Shown in pieces: positions 29,625-40,338 of a DNA stretch of 64,000 nucleotides (the stretch's first letter is position 1; the number at the start of each line of letters is the position of its first letter). The notes under the pieces were generated by a model. It did not search any database and was not told the origin of the DNA. It worked only from the letters and a program-made list of their open reading frames with translations. Source of the stretch: Oceanispirochaeta sp. Lineage in GTDB: Bacteria > Spirochaetota > Spirochaetia > DSM-2461. Where the stretch lies: contig CAXXOA010000001.1 of the NCBI GenBank assembly GCA_963666275.2, positions 672,001 to 736,000 on the forward strand, given 5' to 3'. The translations under genes were made by a program, and so were the position numbers.

Positions 29625-30686
29625 ATGTCATATAAAGTAGCTGTCCTTCCCGGAGACGGGATCGGACCTGAAGTGATGGATGCAGCACTGGAAGTGCTGG
29701 AAGCGGTAGAAAAAAAATTCGGCTTCAAACTGGAAATTGAAAAAGGTCTGATCGGCGGATGTGCTTATGACGCCACGGGAGATCCCCTGCCAGAAGAGAC
29801 CAGAAAAATCTGTCTGGAATCGGATGCGGTTCTTCTGGGAAGCATCGGCGGCCCCAAATGGGACGGCCTTCCTCCCGAAAAAACTCCCGAGCTGGGAGGT
29901 CTTCTGGCTCTGCGGAAAATGCTCAAACTCTACGCCAACCTGCGCCCCGCGGTAATCTACGAAGAGCTGAAGGGGATGTCACCCCTTTCTGAAAAGGTCC
30001 TTACCGATAAAGTGGACCTGCTGACCGTAAGAGAGCTGGCCCACGGCATCTATTTCGGCGAACCCAAGGAACTGACCGACGAGATCGGTCTGGATACCAT
30101 GGTTTACACAGCCGAACAGGTGGAGAGGATCGCCCGTCAGGGATTCGAAGCCGCCCAGAAACGGGGCAAAAAACTCTGTTCCGTGGACAAGGCCAATGTC
30201 CTCTCCAGTTCCAAACTCTGGAGAAAGGTTGTCAACAAAGTGGCCGCCGACTATCCCGATGTGGAATTGACCCATATGTACGTGGATAACGCAGCCATGC
30301 AGCTCATGCTGAACCCCCTGCAGTTTGACGTTATCGTCACTTCAAACCTCTTCGGAGATATTCTGTCCGATGAATCTGCAGCCATCTGCGGTTCCCTGGG
30401 AATGCTGCCCTCCGCCTCACTGGGCGAAAAAATAAGCCTTTTTGAACCCTCCGGAGGAAGCGCCCCGGATATCGCCGGCAAGGGCATTGCCAACCCCATC
30501 GCCCAGATCATGAGTCTGGCCATGCTGCTGGAGTACTCCTTTGATATGTCCGAACCTGCGGCGGCTATCAAAAAAGCCGTGGACCAGTGTGTTTCCGAAG
30601 GCATCCGGACCGGAGATATCCTGTCTCCCGGTATCAAGCCTGTGAATACCAAAGAGATGACCCAGGCGATTATTGCAAGACTGTAA
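29625..30686 (+). CDS. leuB: 3-isopropylmalate dehydrogenase
   Basis: [63 protein letters not shown]. Confidence 0.97.
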   Translation: MSYKVAVLPGDGIGPEVMDAALEVLEAVEKKFGFKLEIEKGLIGGCAYDATGDPLPEETRKICLESDAVLLGSIGGPKWDGLPPEKTPELGGLLALRKMLKLYANLRPAVIYEELKGMSPLSEKVLTDKVDLLTVRELAHGIYFGEPKELTDEIGLDTMVYTAEQVERIARQGFEAAQKRGKKLCSVDKANVLSSSKLWRKVVNKVAADYPDVELTHMYVDNAAMQLMLNPLQFDVIVTSNLFGDILSDESAAICGSLGMLPSASLGEKISLFEPSGGSAPDIAGKGIANPIAQIMSLAMLLEYSFDMSEPAAAIKKAVDQCVSEGIRTGDILSPGIKPVNTKEMTQAIIARL

Positions 30687-30699
30687 GCGTCTGTTTCAC

Positions 30700-30778
30700 C
30701 CCCGGCTCCCCGGACACAAACTTCGTTTGTTGCTCAGGCATGCAGCCGGCCTCTCTCTGAGGGATAAGGGTGAGAGGT
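30700..30778. repeat. Composite REP-like element, copy B (inverted relative to 5720-5800)
   Basis: cacaaacttcgtttgttgctcaggca (30715-30740) plus ccggcctctc shared with copy A. Confidence 0.75.
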
Positions 30779-30790
30779 TTTAAATAGAAG

Positions 30791-32733
30791 GGGGCTGTTG
30801 CAAAAGTCTGAAAAGACTTTAGTAGCAGCCTTTTTCTTTTTTGAATGAATCGAACAAAGCATTTAGACTGCAAAAAGGGGCCGCAAAGCGACCCCAGCGT
30901 GCTACAATTTGTTTAACCACAAACAAATAAAAAGGAGCACGTGGTGAATCTTACAGCATTTTCCCAACATAGACAATTATTTCTTGATTTAAACATCTCA
31001 ATCCCCTTTGAAGTAACAGAACATGAAGCAGCACTTATGATTCTGTTGCAAAACCTAGATTACAGCCAGTTTGAACAACCAAAGCAGAAATCAGGACGTC
31101 CACGAGCTGTCAATTCATACACAATGATGCTGATTCTTCTGTATGCCAGGATTCATGGCAGGTTTAGTTCGCGAGATGTAGAACGTTTATGCAAACGAGA
31201 CCTTTTCCTTTTGCAAATCTTAGGTAATCAGAAAGTCCCAGACCATACGACGTTTGACCGTTTTGTTCATACCCATGAGAAAGCCATTGATGAACTATTT
31301 TTTCAGATAGTCGTTCGTCTGGATGCATTGGGAGAGCTTAAGAAAGATGTTGTCTATCAAGATGGCACTAAAATAGAGTCAAAAGCTGGTCGATATAGTT
31401 TTGTCTGGAAGAAAGCGACTAAAAAGAATCTGGAGAAACTCCATAACCATATCCGGAATTTGATTACTGAAGTTAATGATATTTTCTCCTGGCACTTGGA
31501 TCCAGGAGATTATCACACCTCATTGAAAATCCTCATAGAGAAGCTTGTTGCAACAGGAGAGCCTCTTTTCCCGAAGACAACAGGTCGAGGCCACCGAATC
31601 ACGAGAGTTCAGAAATTCTATCGAGATGCTCTTGTTTTCCTGGAGAAACTGGAAAAGTACAATGAATACCTGACTGCCATGAAGGGTAGGAACAGCATGA
31701 GTAAAACTGATCCTGATGCCACGTTTATGCGAATGAAAGAGGACTATATGAGGAACGGGCAGCTGAAACCAGCTTACAACCTTCAAGTACTAGTTGATAG
31801 CGGATATGTTGTCGGAGCTCACGCCAGTGACGATCGCACTGACTATGTAACCATGTGTCCTGCACTGGATCATATGCATGAACATCTGCCCTGGACATAT
31901 TCAAAATACTGTGCGGACAGCGGATACGACTGTCAACAAAACTATGAGGCTCTGGAAAAACAGAATATAGAGGCTTTCATCAAGCCCCAGTTACACGAGC
32001 AATCAAAGAAACGAAAATTCAAAAAGGATATCGGAAAGAAAGAAAACATGATTTATGATCCTTCAACCGATCATTTCATTTGTGCGAAGGGAAAGAAGCT
32101 AAAACTGAAATATGTTCGATCCAGGAAGAATCAATACGGTTATGAAACGACAACACATACATATCGTTGTGAAAGAGGGTGTAAGAGCTGCTCTCTCCGT
32201 TCTTCCTGTATAAAACGAAGTAAGGCAGACTATAAACAGGTACAGATCAACCACAAGCTGTCATCTTATCAAAGAAGAGCTACTGCTTTGATATCCAGTC
32301 CGGAAGGTAAAGAAATCCGTGTTAATAGAAGTATTCAGGCAGAAGGAGTATTTGCTCAGATCAAAGCCAACTGGTCATTCAGGAGATTTTTACGGGCAGG
32401 AAAAACAGGTATCTATACAGAATGGCTATTAGTTTGTCTGGCTATGAATGCTGTTCATTTGGGAAATAGATTATCCCGAGATGAAGTTGGTAATCCCTTC
32501 TATTATCAGATAAAGGATGAATCAGCATAGCTCTAAATCCATTTTTTAATAGATAATGTATAGTCTCAGGTGCATCACATAGGATAAGTGTCAGTAAATT
32601 ACTAAACAAAATGGGAAATTATCAGAATTTTTATTACCAGAACAGAAGTTGTGATCTAAATAGTGATCAAAATAAAAAGAATTTGATTAATGAAAAAAAG
32701 AGGCTGTCGCATTTTTACTTTTGCAACAGCCCC
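30791..32733 (+). mobile_element. IS1182-family insertion sequence
   Basis: Perfect 17-bp terminal inverted repeats ggggctgttgcaaaagt (30791-30807) / acttttgcaacagcccc (32717-32733) flanking a transposase; visibly AT-richer than flanks. Confidence 0.9.
30941..32530 (+). CDS. IS1182-family DDE transposase
   Basis: GRP, SSRDVE, PDHTTF, DGTKIES, SKTDPDATFMRMKED, KPAYNLQ, ADSGY, RSIQAEGVFAQIK. Confidence 0.93.
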   Translation: MVNLTAFSQHRQLFLDLNISIPFEVTEHEAALMILLQNLDYSQFEQPKQKSGRPRAVNSYTMMLILLYARIHGRFSSRDVERLCKRDLFLLQILGNQKVPDHTTFDRFVHTHEKAIDELFFQIVVRLDALGELKKDVVYQDGTKIESKAGRYSFVWKKATKKNLEKLHNHIRNLITEVNDIFSWHLDPGDYHTSLKILIEKLVATGEPLFPKTTGRGHRITRVQKFYRDALVFLEKLEKYNEYLTAMKGRNSMSKTDPDATFMRMKEDYMRNGQLKPAYNLQVLVDSGYVVGAHASDDRTDYVTMCPALDHMHEHLPWTYSKYCADSGYDCQQNYEALEKQNIEAFIKPQLHEQSKKRKFKKDIGKKENMIYDPSTDHFICAKGKKLKLKYVRSRKNQYGYETTTHTYRCERGCKSCSLRSSCIKRSKADYKQVQINHKLSSYQRRATALISSPEGKEIRVNRSIQAEGVFAQIKANWSFRRFLRAGKTGIYTEWLLVCLAMNAVHLGNRLSRDEVGNPFYYQIKDESA

Positions 32734-32739
32734 TTTTTT

Positions 32740-34011
32740 TTACTGATCCAGAGGGATCGGATCCCCTTCGTTTTTGTACATACCTTTAAATTCAACATAA
32801 TCTGCTGTGGAAAAAGTACTATCATTTACAGCGATATTAAAATAACAAGGTTCGTAGGGAAGGTCAGACCAGGCTAGATATTTATTAAATCTTAATTCCA
32901 GAAACCCATCACCCGCACCACCGGTGTGTCCGCTACTATCTTGAGATGCATTGTAATTGACTTGAAAAGTACTTGTTAACCAGTCAGAACCATCATATTC
33001 CGCGTAAAAATTGTGTGAATAGGCTCCATTTTCCTGATCTACGTAAATATCAACGGAAGTTATGGCTCCTATGGAGCCGGAATCATAAAAAGTCAGCAGA
33101 AAGTAGATATAATCATCGTCTTGTTTTATATACACTTTATCAATGTCAGTATTGACTTCTCCAGAGTTATCGTCAGTCAAGACGAAATCCTGATACCAGT
33201 AGCCATATTCTTCCCATGCGGTTATATCAGCCAATGAATTATCATCACATGTGGGGGTTATTCCTCTGTAAAACTGCACAATAGGAGAGTCCATGCTCGG
33301 TTGGGTATCAGAAGAGCTTTTCAGGAGAATATTGAACGTATTTTCATCATTGGAATTATCTATATTCCCATCACCATACAGATTTTCATGATACTGGTAC
33401 CACGAACCAATATGAAAATTCATTCCTGAATCAGATGGTATATAGTTCCAATACGTTGCCTTGGATATCCCAAGCTCAATTGCATTTTCAGATTCATTAA
33501 TCCCTGCAAACCTGATTCCTGCATTATTCAGATCGTAATCTCCCGTGTCATCATAATACCTTGACCAGAAACCAATTGTTCCGTCACTTGTTATTCCGCC
33601 ATCTGGAGAATTGTGGGTTAAATTGAAAAGATTTATCCCATAATTTGATTCATTCAGATCAAAACTAACACTTATACTGGGTTCTGTTAAAGGATTTCCA
33701 TTATAGGATTCAATAAAAAAATAGAGAGTATCATTATCCTGAGCAGCTTTTAACTGGTACAGGTCTCCCCCTGCTATCATGGGGTAGCCGTTCTGAGCTG
33801 TATCTGAAGAGTCATCTGTATACAGAGGCTCTACGTTATCCCAATCCAACAGATCGCCGTCAATAGCAATATCATCCCTGTATTCCAGAGTAATCCCATC
33901 CTGGCCAGTCGGGTCATAGGGGTTGTCGAATACCATATCTTCATACATAAAGCATGCGGATAATAGAAGAGCGGCTCCTGCTGTAATGAAAAAAAGGCCC
34001 GTTTTTCTCAT
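32740..34011 (-). CDS. Acidic, AT-rich lipoprotein with two related beta-rich (DOMON/CBM9-like) units
   Basis: Lipobox LLLSAC; IDGDLLDW...DLYQLKAAQDNDTLYFFI echoed by DIDKVYIKQDDDYIYFLL. Confidence 0.7.
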   Translation of the reverse strand: MRKTGLFFITAGAALLLSACFMYEDMVFDNPYDPTGQDGITLEYRDDIAIDGDLLDWDNVEPLYTDDSSDTAQNGYPMIAGGDLYQLKAAQDNDTLYFFIESYNGNPLTEPSISVSFDLNESNYGINLFNLTHNSPDGGITSDGTIGFWSRYYDDTGDYDLNNAGIRFAGINESENAIELGISKATYWNYIPSDSGMNFHIGSWYQYHENLYGDGNIDNSNDENTFNILLKSSSDTQPSMDSPIVQFYRGITPTCDDNSLADITAWEEYGYWYQDFVLTDDNSGEVNTDIDKVYIKQDDDYIYFLLTFYDSGSIGAITSVDIYVDQENGAYSHNFYAEYDGSDWLTSTFQVNYNASQDSSGHTGGAGDGFLELRFNKYLAWSDLPYEPCYFNIAVNDSTFSTADYVEFKGMYKNEGDPIPLDQ

Positions 34012-34204
34012 AAAACTAAGTATAACAGAAATATAATAACCCCTCTATGGAAAAATGCATTCTTATAGGGAAACAGCTCTGTTAAGGTTCCATTAATTCC
34101 GTATGAGAAATAGGTTATGTCTTTTAGGATGATTTAAATACCTGAATATAAACAAAATAGATGTTTTTTAAGCCAGCAGGTCGGTCCCGCGTATGGTCAA
34201 CTCC

Positions 34205-34265
34205 TGTTAAGGTTTCTTAACATAAGCTAATTTACTTTGACAGACCGGAAATCTCTTTCTAATGT
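34205..34265 (+). promoter_or_regulatory. Promoter of the cysD operon with an upstream palindrome
   Basis: TTGACA (34237-34242)-17 bp-TAATGT; perfect palindrome TGTTAAG-gttt-CTTAACA (34205-34222). Confidence 0.55.
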
Positions 34266-34271
34266 GTTTCT

Positions 34272-35153
34272 ATGGACCAACTGGATCAATTAGAAAGCAT
34301 CGGCATAAGAATCCTCCGGGAAGCTTATGCGAATTTTAAAAACCTGTGCATGCTCTGGTCAATCGGCAAGGACAGCACGGTTCTGTTATGGCTTGCCCGT
34401 AAAGCTTTTTACGGGCATGTTCCCTTTCCTCTGGTACACATCGACACACACTACAAGATTCCCGAAATGATCGAGTACAGAGACCGGCTGACCCGGGAAT
34501 GGAAACTGCCCATGGTCTACGGGGAGAACTCCGAAGCCCTGGCGGCCCATCAGACCTTTCCCGAAGGCAATGTGGACAGACTGACCTGCTGCCGCCTCCT
34601 GAAGGCCGAAGCCCTGAAGAATACCCTGAACGGAAGCTGGAAGCGTTACCGGTTCAATCATTCCACCGACCAGTATGAACTGGACAAGGATACGGAAATG
34701 TACACCGGAGTCATCGTGGGTGTACGGGCCGACGAAGAGGGGTCCCGTTCCAAGGAACGCTACTTCAGCCCCCGGGACAAGGAGAATATCTGGGACGTGG
34801 GAGATCAGCCCCCCGAGTTCTGGAACCAGTTTAAAACTGATTTTGCTCCGGGAACCCATGTGAGGATTCATCCTCTCCTGGACTGGACCGAGCTGAATAT
34901 CTGGGAGTACATCGAACGGGAGCAGATTCCCACGGTCTCCCTCTACTACGATCAGGGTTCAGGTCAGCGCTACCGTTCCCTGGGATGCGGTCCCTGTACC
35001 AATCCTGTGGAATCCACCGCAAAAAATGTGGGGGATATCATCACCGAGCTGAAAACAGGCAAGTTCGCCCATATCGCCGAGCGGTCCGGTAGGGCCCAGG
35101 ACAAGGATGACGGAGGCGGACTGGAAACTCTCAGAAGGGACGGGTACATGTGA
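34272..35153 (+). CDS. cysD: Sulfate adenylyltransferase subunit 2
   Basis: [11 protein letters not shown]-loop, [35 protein letters not shown]. Confidence 0.95.
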   Translation: MDQLDQLESIGIRILREAYANFKNLCMLWSIGKDSTVLLWLARKAFYGHVPFPLVHIDTHYKIPEMIEYRDRLTREWKLPMVYGENSEALAAHQTFPEGNVDRLTCCRLLKAEALKNTLNGSWKRYRFNHSTDQYELDKDTEMYTGVIVGVRADEEGSRSKERYFSPRDKENIWDVGDQPPEFWNQFKTDFAPGTHVRIHPLLDWTELNIWEYIEREQIPTVSLYYDQGSGQRYRSLGCGPCTNPVESTAKNVGDIITELKTGKFAHIAERSGRAQDKDDGGGLETLRRDGYM

Positions 35154-36961
35154 TGAGCAGAGATCAGATGAATATCGTCTTTACAGGACATGTGGACCAT
35201 GGCAAGAGTACGGTGGTCGGACGCCTTCTGGCCGATACGGACTCCCTTCCCGAAGGAAAGCTGGAACAGGTCAAACGGGAGTGTGAGCGCAACTCCAAAC
35301 CCTTCGAATACGCCTTTCTGCTGGATGCCCTGAAAGATGAGCAGTCCCAGGGCATCACCATCGATTCGGCCCGTGTCTTTTTCAATACTGAAAAGCGCGA
35401 CTACATCATCATCGACGCACCGGGTCATATCGAGTTTCTGAAAAATATGATAACCGGGGCAGCCCGGGCGGAAGCGGCTTTTCTTGTGATTGACGCCGAT
35501 GAGGGGGTTCAGGAAAACTCACGGCGCCACGGATACCTCCTCTCCATGCTGGGGATCCGTCAGCTCTGTGTCCTTGTCAATAAAATGGACCTGGTAGGTT
35601 ACAACAGGCAGGTCTATAACAAAATTGTGCGGAAGTACTCCCGGTTTCTGAAAAATATCAATCTCACCGATGTCAACTTCATTCCCGTCAGCGGCCGGGA
35701 AGGGGACAATATCTTCCACAGGGGCGGGAACATGCCCTGGTGGGAGGGCGGTACCGTTCTGGAGCTGCTGGATGCGTTTAAAAAAGAAAAACCTCTGGAC
35801 GATCTTCCCATGAGGATGCCTGTGACGGATATCTACAAGTTCACCAACTATGATGATTCCAGAAGGATCATTGCGGGGACTGTGGAAACCGGTAAATTCA
35901 AGCCGGGAGATGAGTTGATCTTCTATCCCTCCGGAAAGAAAAGTAAAATCAGAACAGTAGAAAGCTTCAATGCGGAAGTTCCTGCGGCTGTGACTGCCGG
36001 AATGGCTACAGGTGTCACTCTGGAGGAGCAGATCTATCTCTCCCGGGGGGCCGTGGCCTGCCGTTCCGACCAGCTGCCTCCCAAAGTGGGGAGCTATCTG
36101 AAAACAAGCCTTTTCTGGCTGGGCAAAGAGCCCCTTGTCAAAGGGAAAGAGTACATGCTGAAAAACGGAACCTCCAAGGTCCGGGCTCAGCTGGCCGAAA
36201 TTACCCGAGTCATCGATGCCTCCTCTCTGGATACGGAAAACACCCAGGAGCAGGTCAACAGGCATGAAGTGGCCGAATGTGTGTTCAGTCTCCAGAAAGC
36301 CATTGCCTTCGATCTGGTGGAGGAACTGCCCCAGACCAGCCGGTTTGTTCTCGTGGACGGGTATGAAATCGCCGGAGGAGGAATTATCCGTGACGTTCAT
36401 GACCACGGGCAGACCGAATACGGCGAGCAGTTGATCCGAAGAACCCTGGAGTGGGAAAACGGTATCGTCACCGAACTGGACAGGATGCAGACCTATGGTC
36501 AGAGACCCGCGCTGATCCTTGTCTCGGGTGAGCTGAACGGCGGAAAGAAAGCCTTTGCGGAAAAGCTTGAAAAGGAGCTCTTTTCCCTGGGAAAAAAGGT
36601 CTACTATCTGGGATACAAGAGCATCAAATTCGGACTGGACTCGGACCTCAGGGACGGCCGGGCCGAACGGCGTCAGCAGGCTGCCCGGGAAGAGCATATC
36701 CGCAGGATTGCCGAGATCGCCCATATCATGCTGGATGCGGGGCTCTTTTTTATAGTTAAAATCGATAATCTGACCTACGAGGAGAGGGATCTTATTCAGC
36801 TCCTCATGGGATCCTCCCGCCTGAAAACTGTCTGGGTGGGAGAAAAAATAGCGACGGACATTCAGCCTGACTGGCATGTAAAACGGCCTCTTGCTGTGGA
36901 CGAACATATGAAAGAAGTTCAGCAGATTCTGGTGGACTGGGAACTGGTGGAGGTACGTTGA
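35150..36961 (+). CDS. cysN: Sulfate adenylyltransferase subunit 1 (GTPase) with degenerate C-terminal APS-kinase-like domain
   Basis: [25 protein letters not shown]-terminal CysC-like region with altered P-loop SGELNGGKK. Confidence 0.92.
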   Translation: MMSRDQMNIVFTGHVDHGKSTVVGRLLADTDSLPEGKLEQVKRECERNSKPFEYAFLLDALKDEQSQGITIDSARVFFNTEKRDYIIIDAPGHIEFLKNMITGAARAEAAFLVIDADEGVQENSRRHGYLLSMLGIRQLCVLVNKMDLVGYNRQVYNKIVRKYSRFLKNINLTDVNFIPVSGREGDNIFHRGGNMPWWEGGTVLELLDAFKKEKPLDDLPMRMPVTDIYKFTNYDDSRRIIAGTVETGKFKPGDELIFYPSGKKSKIRTVESFNAEVPAAVTAGMATGVTLEEQIYLSRGAVACRSDQLPPKVGSYLKTSLFWLGKEPLVKGKEYMLKNGTSKVRAQLAEITRVIDASSLDTENTQEQVNRHEVAECVFSLQKAIAFDLVEELPQTSRFVLVDGYEIAGGGIIRDVHDHGQTEYGEQLIRRTLEWENGIVTELDRMQTYGQRPALILVSGELNGGKKAFAEKLEKELFSLGKKVYYLGYKSIKFGLDSDLRDGRAERRQQAAREEHIRRIAEIAHIMLDAGLFFIVKIDNLTYEERDLIQLLMGSSRLKTVWVGEKIATDIQPDWHVKRPLAVDEHMKEVQQILVDWELVEVR

Positions 36962-38253
36962 TGAAGCAGTTCGAACCGACAAAATATAAAGTGCAGGCCC
37001 TTTGCTGCGGAAAAGTCTTCAGTGATCAGGGGCAGCCCCTGTCCTGTCCCGACTGCTCGGATCCGCATTTTCTGAGGGCTGATTATGAGAAGAAACAGCT
37101 GGACGTCAAAGAGGATGCCCTGGGGCTCTACAGATTCAGTGACTGGCTCCCTGTGGAAAAGACCCTGGAAGGCTCGGGAGCGCCTGTGACCTTCAGGAGC
37201 GAAAAACTGGCCGGGAAACTGGGCCTGAGCAATCTGTGGATCACCTTTAACGGCTGGTGGCCCGAAAAAGGCGCCTTTATGAAAACAGGAACCTTCAAAG
37301 AGTGCGAAGCCTACTCGGTCTGTGCCAGAATTCCAAAAGGAAAAAAGGGCATTCTGGTCGTGGCTTCCGCGGGAAATACAGCCAGGGCATTTGCCCGGGT
37401 GTGCTCTGAAAACAACATTCCCCTGGTCATCACCATCCCCGAAGACAATCTGGGTGCCATGTGGTCGGACAAACCTCTGGCGGACTGTGTCAAAATCATT
37501 GCCGCCTCCTCGGGGTCGGACTACTTCGATGCCATCGATCTGTCGAACAAAATCTGTCAGGGCGAAGATTTCTTTCCCGAAGGGGGCGCGAAAAACATAG
37601 CCCGGAGAGACGGAATGGGAACAACGGTCCTTTCCGCTGTGACAGCCATCGGTGAGATTCCCGACTACTATTTTCAGGCTGTCGGGAGCGGTACAGGCGC
37701 TATCGCCGCCTGGGAAGCCAATCTGAGATTCCTGAAAGACGGAAGGTTCGGCAATAAAAAGATGAAACTGATGGTCTCCCAGAATGCCCCGTTCAAAATT
37801 ATCTATGACTCCTGGAGGGCCGACAGCAGAGCCCTGGTGGCTCTGGATGATGATGAAGCCAGGCAGCAGGTGATTGCCATGAACGCCAAGGTGCTTTCCA
37901 ACCGGAAACCTCCCTATTCTTTGCCGAACGGTCTTTACGATGCCCTCAAGGATACAGGGGGAGATGTCCTTTTGGCGGACAATGAGGAAGCTGCCGAAGC
38001 GGGGCGCCTTTTCAGGGAGACCGAAGGAAATGATATCTCACCGGCTGCCTCGGTTGCCTTGGCATCTTTGATAAAAGCTGTTAACAATGATACGGTGAAG
38101 GCCGGCGAAACGGTGATGCTCAACATAACCGGAGGCGGCATGGGGCGATTTGCCTCTGAAAATACAGTAACAATTGCCAAAGCGGACCTTGTGTTTTCTC
38201 CCCGGGTGGATACACAGGAGCTGATAGAAGCGGTAAGAGATTTATTTAAATAA
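36958..38253 (+). CDS. Cysteate synthase (threonine-synthase-like PLP enzyme; CapA-like)
   Basis: N-terminal [69 protein letters not shown]; embedded in a sulfite-generating operon. Confidence 0.85.
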   Translation: MMKQFEPTKYKVQALCCGKVFSDQGQPLSCPDCSDPHFLRADYEKKQLDVKEDALGLYRFSDWLPVEKTLEGSGAPVTFRSEKLAGKLGLSNLWITFNGWWPEKGAFMKTGTFKECEAYSVCARIPKGKKGILVVASAGNTARAFARVCSENNIPLVITIPEDNLGAMWSDKPLADCVKIIAASSGSDYFDAIDLSNKICQGEDFFPEGGAKNIARRDGMGTTVLSAVTAIGEIPDYYFQAVGSGTGAIAAWEANLRFLKDGRFGNKKMKLMVSQNAPFKIIYDSWRADSRALVALDDDEARQQVIAMNAKVLSNRKPPYSLPNGLYDALKDTGGDVLLADNEEAAEAGRLFRETEGNDISPAASVALASLIKAVNNDTVKAGETVMLNITGGGMGRFASENTVTIAKADLVFSPRVDTQELIEAVRDLFK

Positions 38254-38293
38254 AAAGGTTTATTCAAACAACTCGATTAAGTAGGAGAAAACT

Positions 38294-39580
38294 ATGAGTG
38301 TAGATATTTTTGACAAGTGTAAAACAGACGGTGGATATTTCGGTAAATACAGAGCCGCCGGCGATAGAGACCTGACACGGCCCACCATGGATCCGATCCC
38401 CGGGAAAACCATGCAGTACAAGGGAGAAGAGTACGTGATGTGGTCTGTGAACAACTACATCGGACTGGCTGAAAACCAGGAAGTCAAAGCCGCTGCGGCC
38501 GAGGCTCTTGCGTCTTTCGGAACAAGTGCTCCCATGGGTTCCAGGATGATGAGCGGTAATACCCAGCACCATCAGGACCTTGAAAAACGCCTGGCTGATT
38601 TTTCCCAGAAAGAAGCGGCCTATCTGTTTAACTACGGCTATATGGGTGTTCTCGGTATTGTTTCTTCCCTCTGCGGCCCCAAAGATACGGTTGTGGTGGA
38701 CAAACTGGCTCATGCGTGTATCCTCGATGCCGCCGCCATGGCAAAAGCCGCAGGAGCGACTATCCGCTATTTTAAACACAACAATATGGAAGATCTGGAA
38801 AAGGTTCTTCAGAGTGTGAATAAAGGCAGGGAAGGGGGCGTCATGATCCTCATCGAGGGGGTTTACGGTATGACCGGAGACCTGGCTGACCTCCCCGGAA
38901 TCTGCGAACTGAAAGAAAAATACAACGCCCGCCTTTTCATCGATGATGCCCATGGTATCGGAGTTATGGGAGAAACAGGCCGCGGTACCGGCGACTTCTT
39001 CGGTGTTCAGGACAAGATCGATATCTACTTCGGAACCTTCGCCAAGGCTTTCGCGTCCATCGGCGGTTACTGTGCGGCCGATCAGGATGTGATCGACTGG
39101 ATTGCCTACAATGCCCGGACGCAGGTCTTTGCCAAGAGCCTCCCCATGGTCTATGTGAAAGCTCTGGACAGAACTCTGGACTTTGTGATTGAGGGAAATG
39201 ACAGGCGTCAGAAAATGTGGGACAACTCCCATAAACTGAGAGACGGACTGAGGGAACTGGGGTACTACATCGGCCCCGGTGAATCTCCCATCTGTTCCGT
39301 TTTTACCCCCACCGGGAGCGATGATCCCAACGGCATGGGTGTGAGAATGGTAAAATTCCTGAGAGAGAACAACATCTTTGTCACAGCTGTTGTCTATCCT
39401 GTTATTCCTCCCGGGCTGTGTATGTTCAGAATGATCCCCACCACATCCCATACAGATGCGGAAATCAACAGAACCATTGAGGTATTTGCCAGGATGAAAG
39501 AGGCCCTGGAGCTGGCAGACTCGGTCACCGATGACGATATCAGCAAGATTAAAAGAGTCTACAGGGAAAGAAAATCCTGA
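38294..39580 (+). CDS. Alpha-oxoamine synthase (SPT/AONS family), predicted cysteate-C-fatty acyltransferase (CapB-like)
   Basis: NNYIGLA, GSRMMSG, HACILD, FKHNNMEDL, EGVYGMTGD, DDAHGIG, GTFAKAFASIG (PLP Lys); substrate inferred from adjacency to cysteate synthase. Confidence 0.8.
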   Translation: MSVDIFDKCKTDGGYFGKYRAAGDRDLTRPTMDPIPGKTMQYKGEEYVMWSVNNYIGLAENQEVKAAAAEALASFGTSAPMGSRMMSGNTQHHQDLEKRLADFSQKEAAYLFNYGYMGVLGIVSSLCGPKDTVVVDKLAHACILDAAAMAKAAGATIRYFKHNNMEDLEKVLQSVNKGREGGVMILIEGVYGMTGDLADLPGICELKEKYNARLFIDDAHGIGVMGETGRGTGDFFGVQDKIDIYFGTFAKAFASIGGYCAADQDVIDWIAYNARTQVFAKSLPMVYVKALDRTLDFVIEGNDRRQKMWDNSHKLRDGLRELGYYIGPGESPICSVFTPTGSDDPNGMGVRMVKFLRENNIFVTAVVYPVIPPGLCMFRMIPTTSHTDAEINRTIEVFARMKEALELADSVTDDDISKIKRVYRERKS

Positions 39581-40287
39581 TGCAGAAAGATCTGGTTGCA
39601 CAGTATCAGAAAGAACTGGCCGGCGCTTCCCCCGGGGAGGTCCTGGCCTGGGCTCACAATACCTTTGATCTTTCCGGGATTGCCCTGTCCAACAGTCTGG
39701 GGCTGGAAGATATGGTCCTGACCGACATGCTTATGAAGATTGACCGGAATTTTCCGGTGTTCACCCTGGATACGGGGCGCCTCTTTCAGGAGACCTATGA
39801 TCTCATGGAAGAAGCCCGTACCCGGTGGAAGCTGTCTATGAAGGTTCTGTTTCCCGATCGGGAAGAAGTGGAGAGTCTGATGGTCCGGAAGGGCCCCAAC
39901 TCGTTCTACTACAGTCTGGATAACCGGAAAGAGTGCTGCCGGATCAGAAAGATCGAACCCCTGAAAAAAGAGCTGTCTACTCTGGATGCCTGGATCACCG
40001 GGCTCAGAAGAGAACAGTCTGTCACAAGGAATGAAGTTCAGTGCGTGGAATGGGATGAAGCCTTCGGTCTGATAAAGATCAATCCCCTTGTGGACTGGAG
40101 CGAAAAACAGTGCTGGGATTATGTAAAAGAGCATCATGTCCCGGTTCACAGTCTCCATAAAAAAGGCTTCCCCTCTATAGGCTGTGCTCCCTGTACCCGG
40201 GCTGTGAAACCCGGAGAAGATATCCGGGCCGGCCGCTGGTGGTGGGAAAATCCTGAAAGCAAAGAGTGCGGACTGCACAGAAAATAG
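39580..40287 (+). CDS. cysH: Adenylyl-sulfate (APS) reductase, CysH family with Fe-S cysteines
   Basis: LDTG, ECCRIRK, TGLRREQS, SIGCAPCT, RAGRWWWE, ECGLH. Confidence 0.93.
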   Translation: MQKDLVAQYQKELAGASPGEVLAWAHNTFDLSGIALSNSLGLEDMVLTDMLMKIDRNFPVFTLDTGRLFQETYDLMEEARTRWKLSMKVLFPDREEVESLMVRKGPNSFYYSLDNRKECCRIRKIEPLKKELSTLDAWITGLRREQSVTRNEVQCVEWDEAFGLIKINPLVDWSEKQCWDYVKEHHVPVHSLHKKGFPSIGCAPCTRAVKPGEDIRAGRWWWENPESKECGLHRK

Positions 40288-40307
40288 ATTTATCCGTTCC
40301 CCAGTAC

Positions 40308-40338
40308 AGGGACAGTTCTCAGGAACTGTCCCTTTTTT
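40308..40338 (+). terminator. Intrinsic terminator ending the cys/cysteate operon
   Basis: agggacagtt-ctcagg-aactgtccct followed by T-run. Confidence 0.8.

Noticed and set aside
36958..38253. Annotation as threonine synthase
   Set aside because: Lacks the usual NPTGSFKDRG motif; has the FKECEA / ARRDGMG / LSNRKPPY pattern and a sulfite-pathway context
38294..39580. Annotation as bioF or glycine C-acetyltransferase
   Set aside because: Same fold, but no biotin or threonine-dehydrogenase genes nearby; operon context favours cysteate acylation, though this is not proven
35519..39601. Long antisense ORFs 35519-36982 and 38264-39601
   Set aside because: Shadows of cysN and the oxoamine synthase
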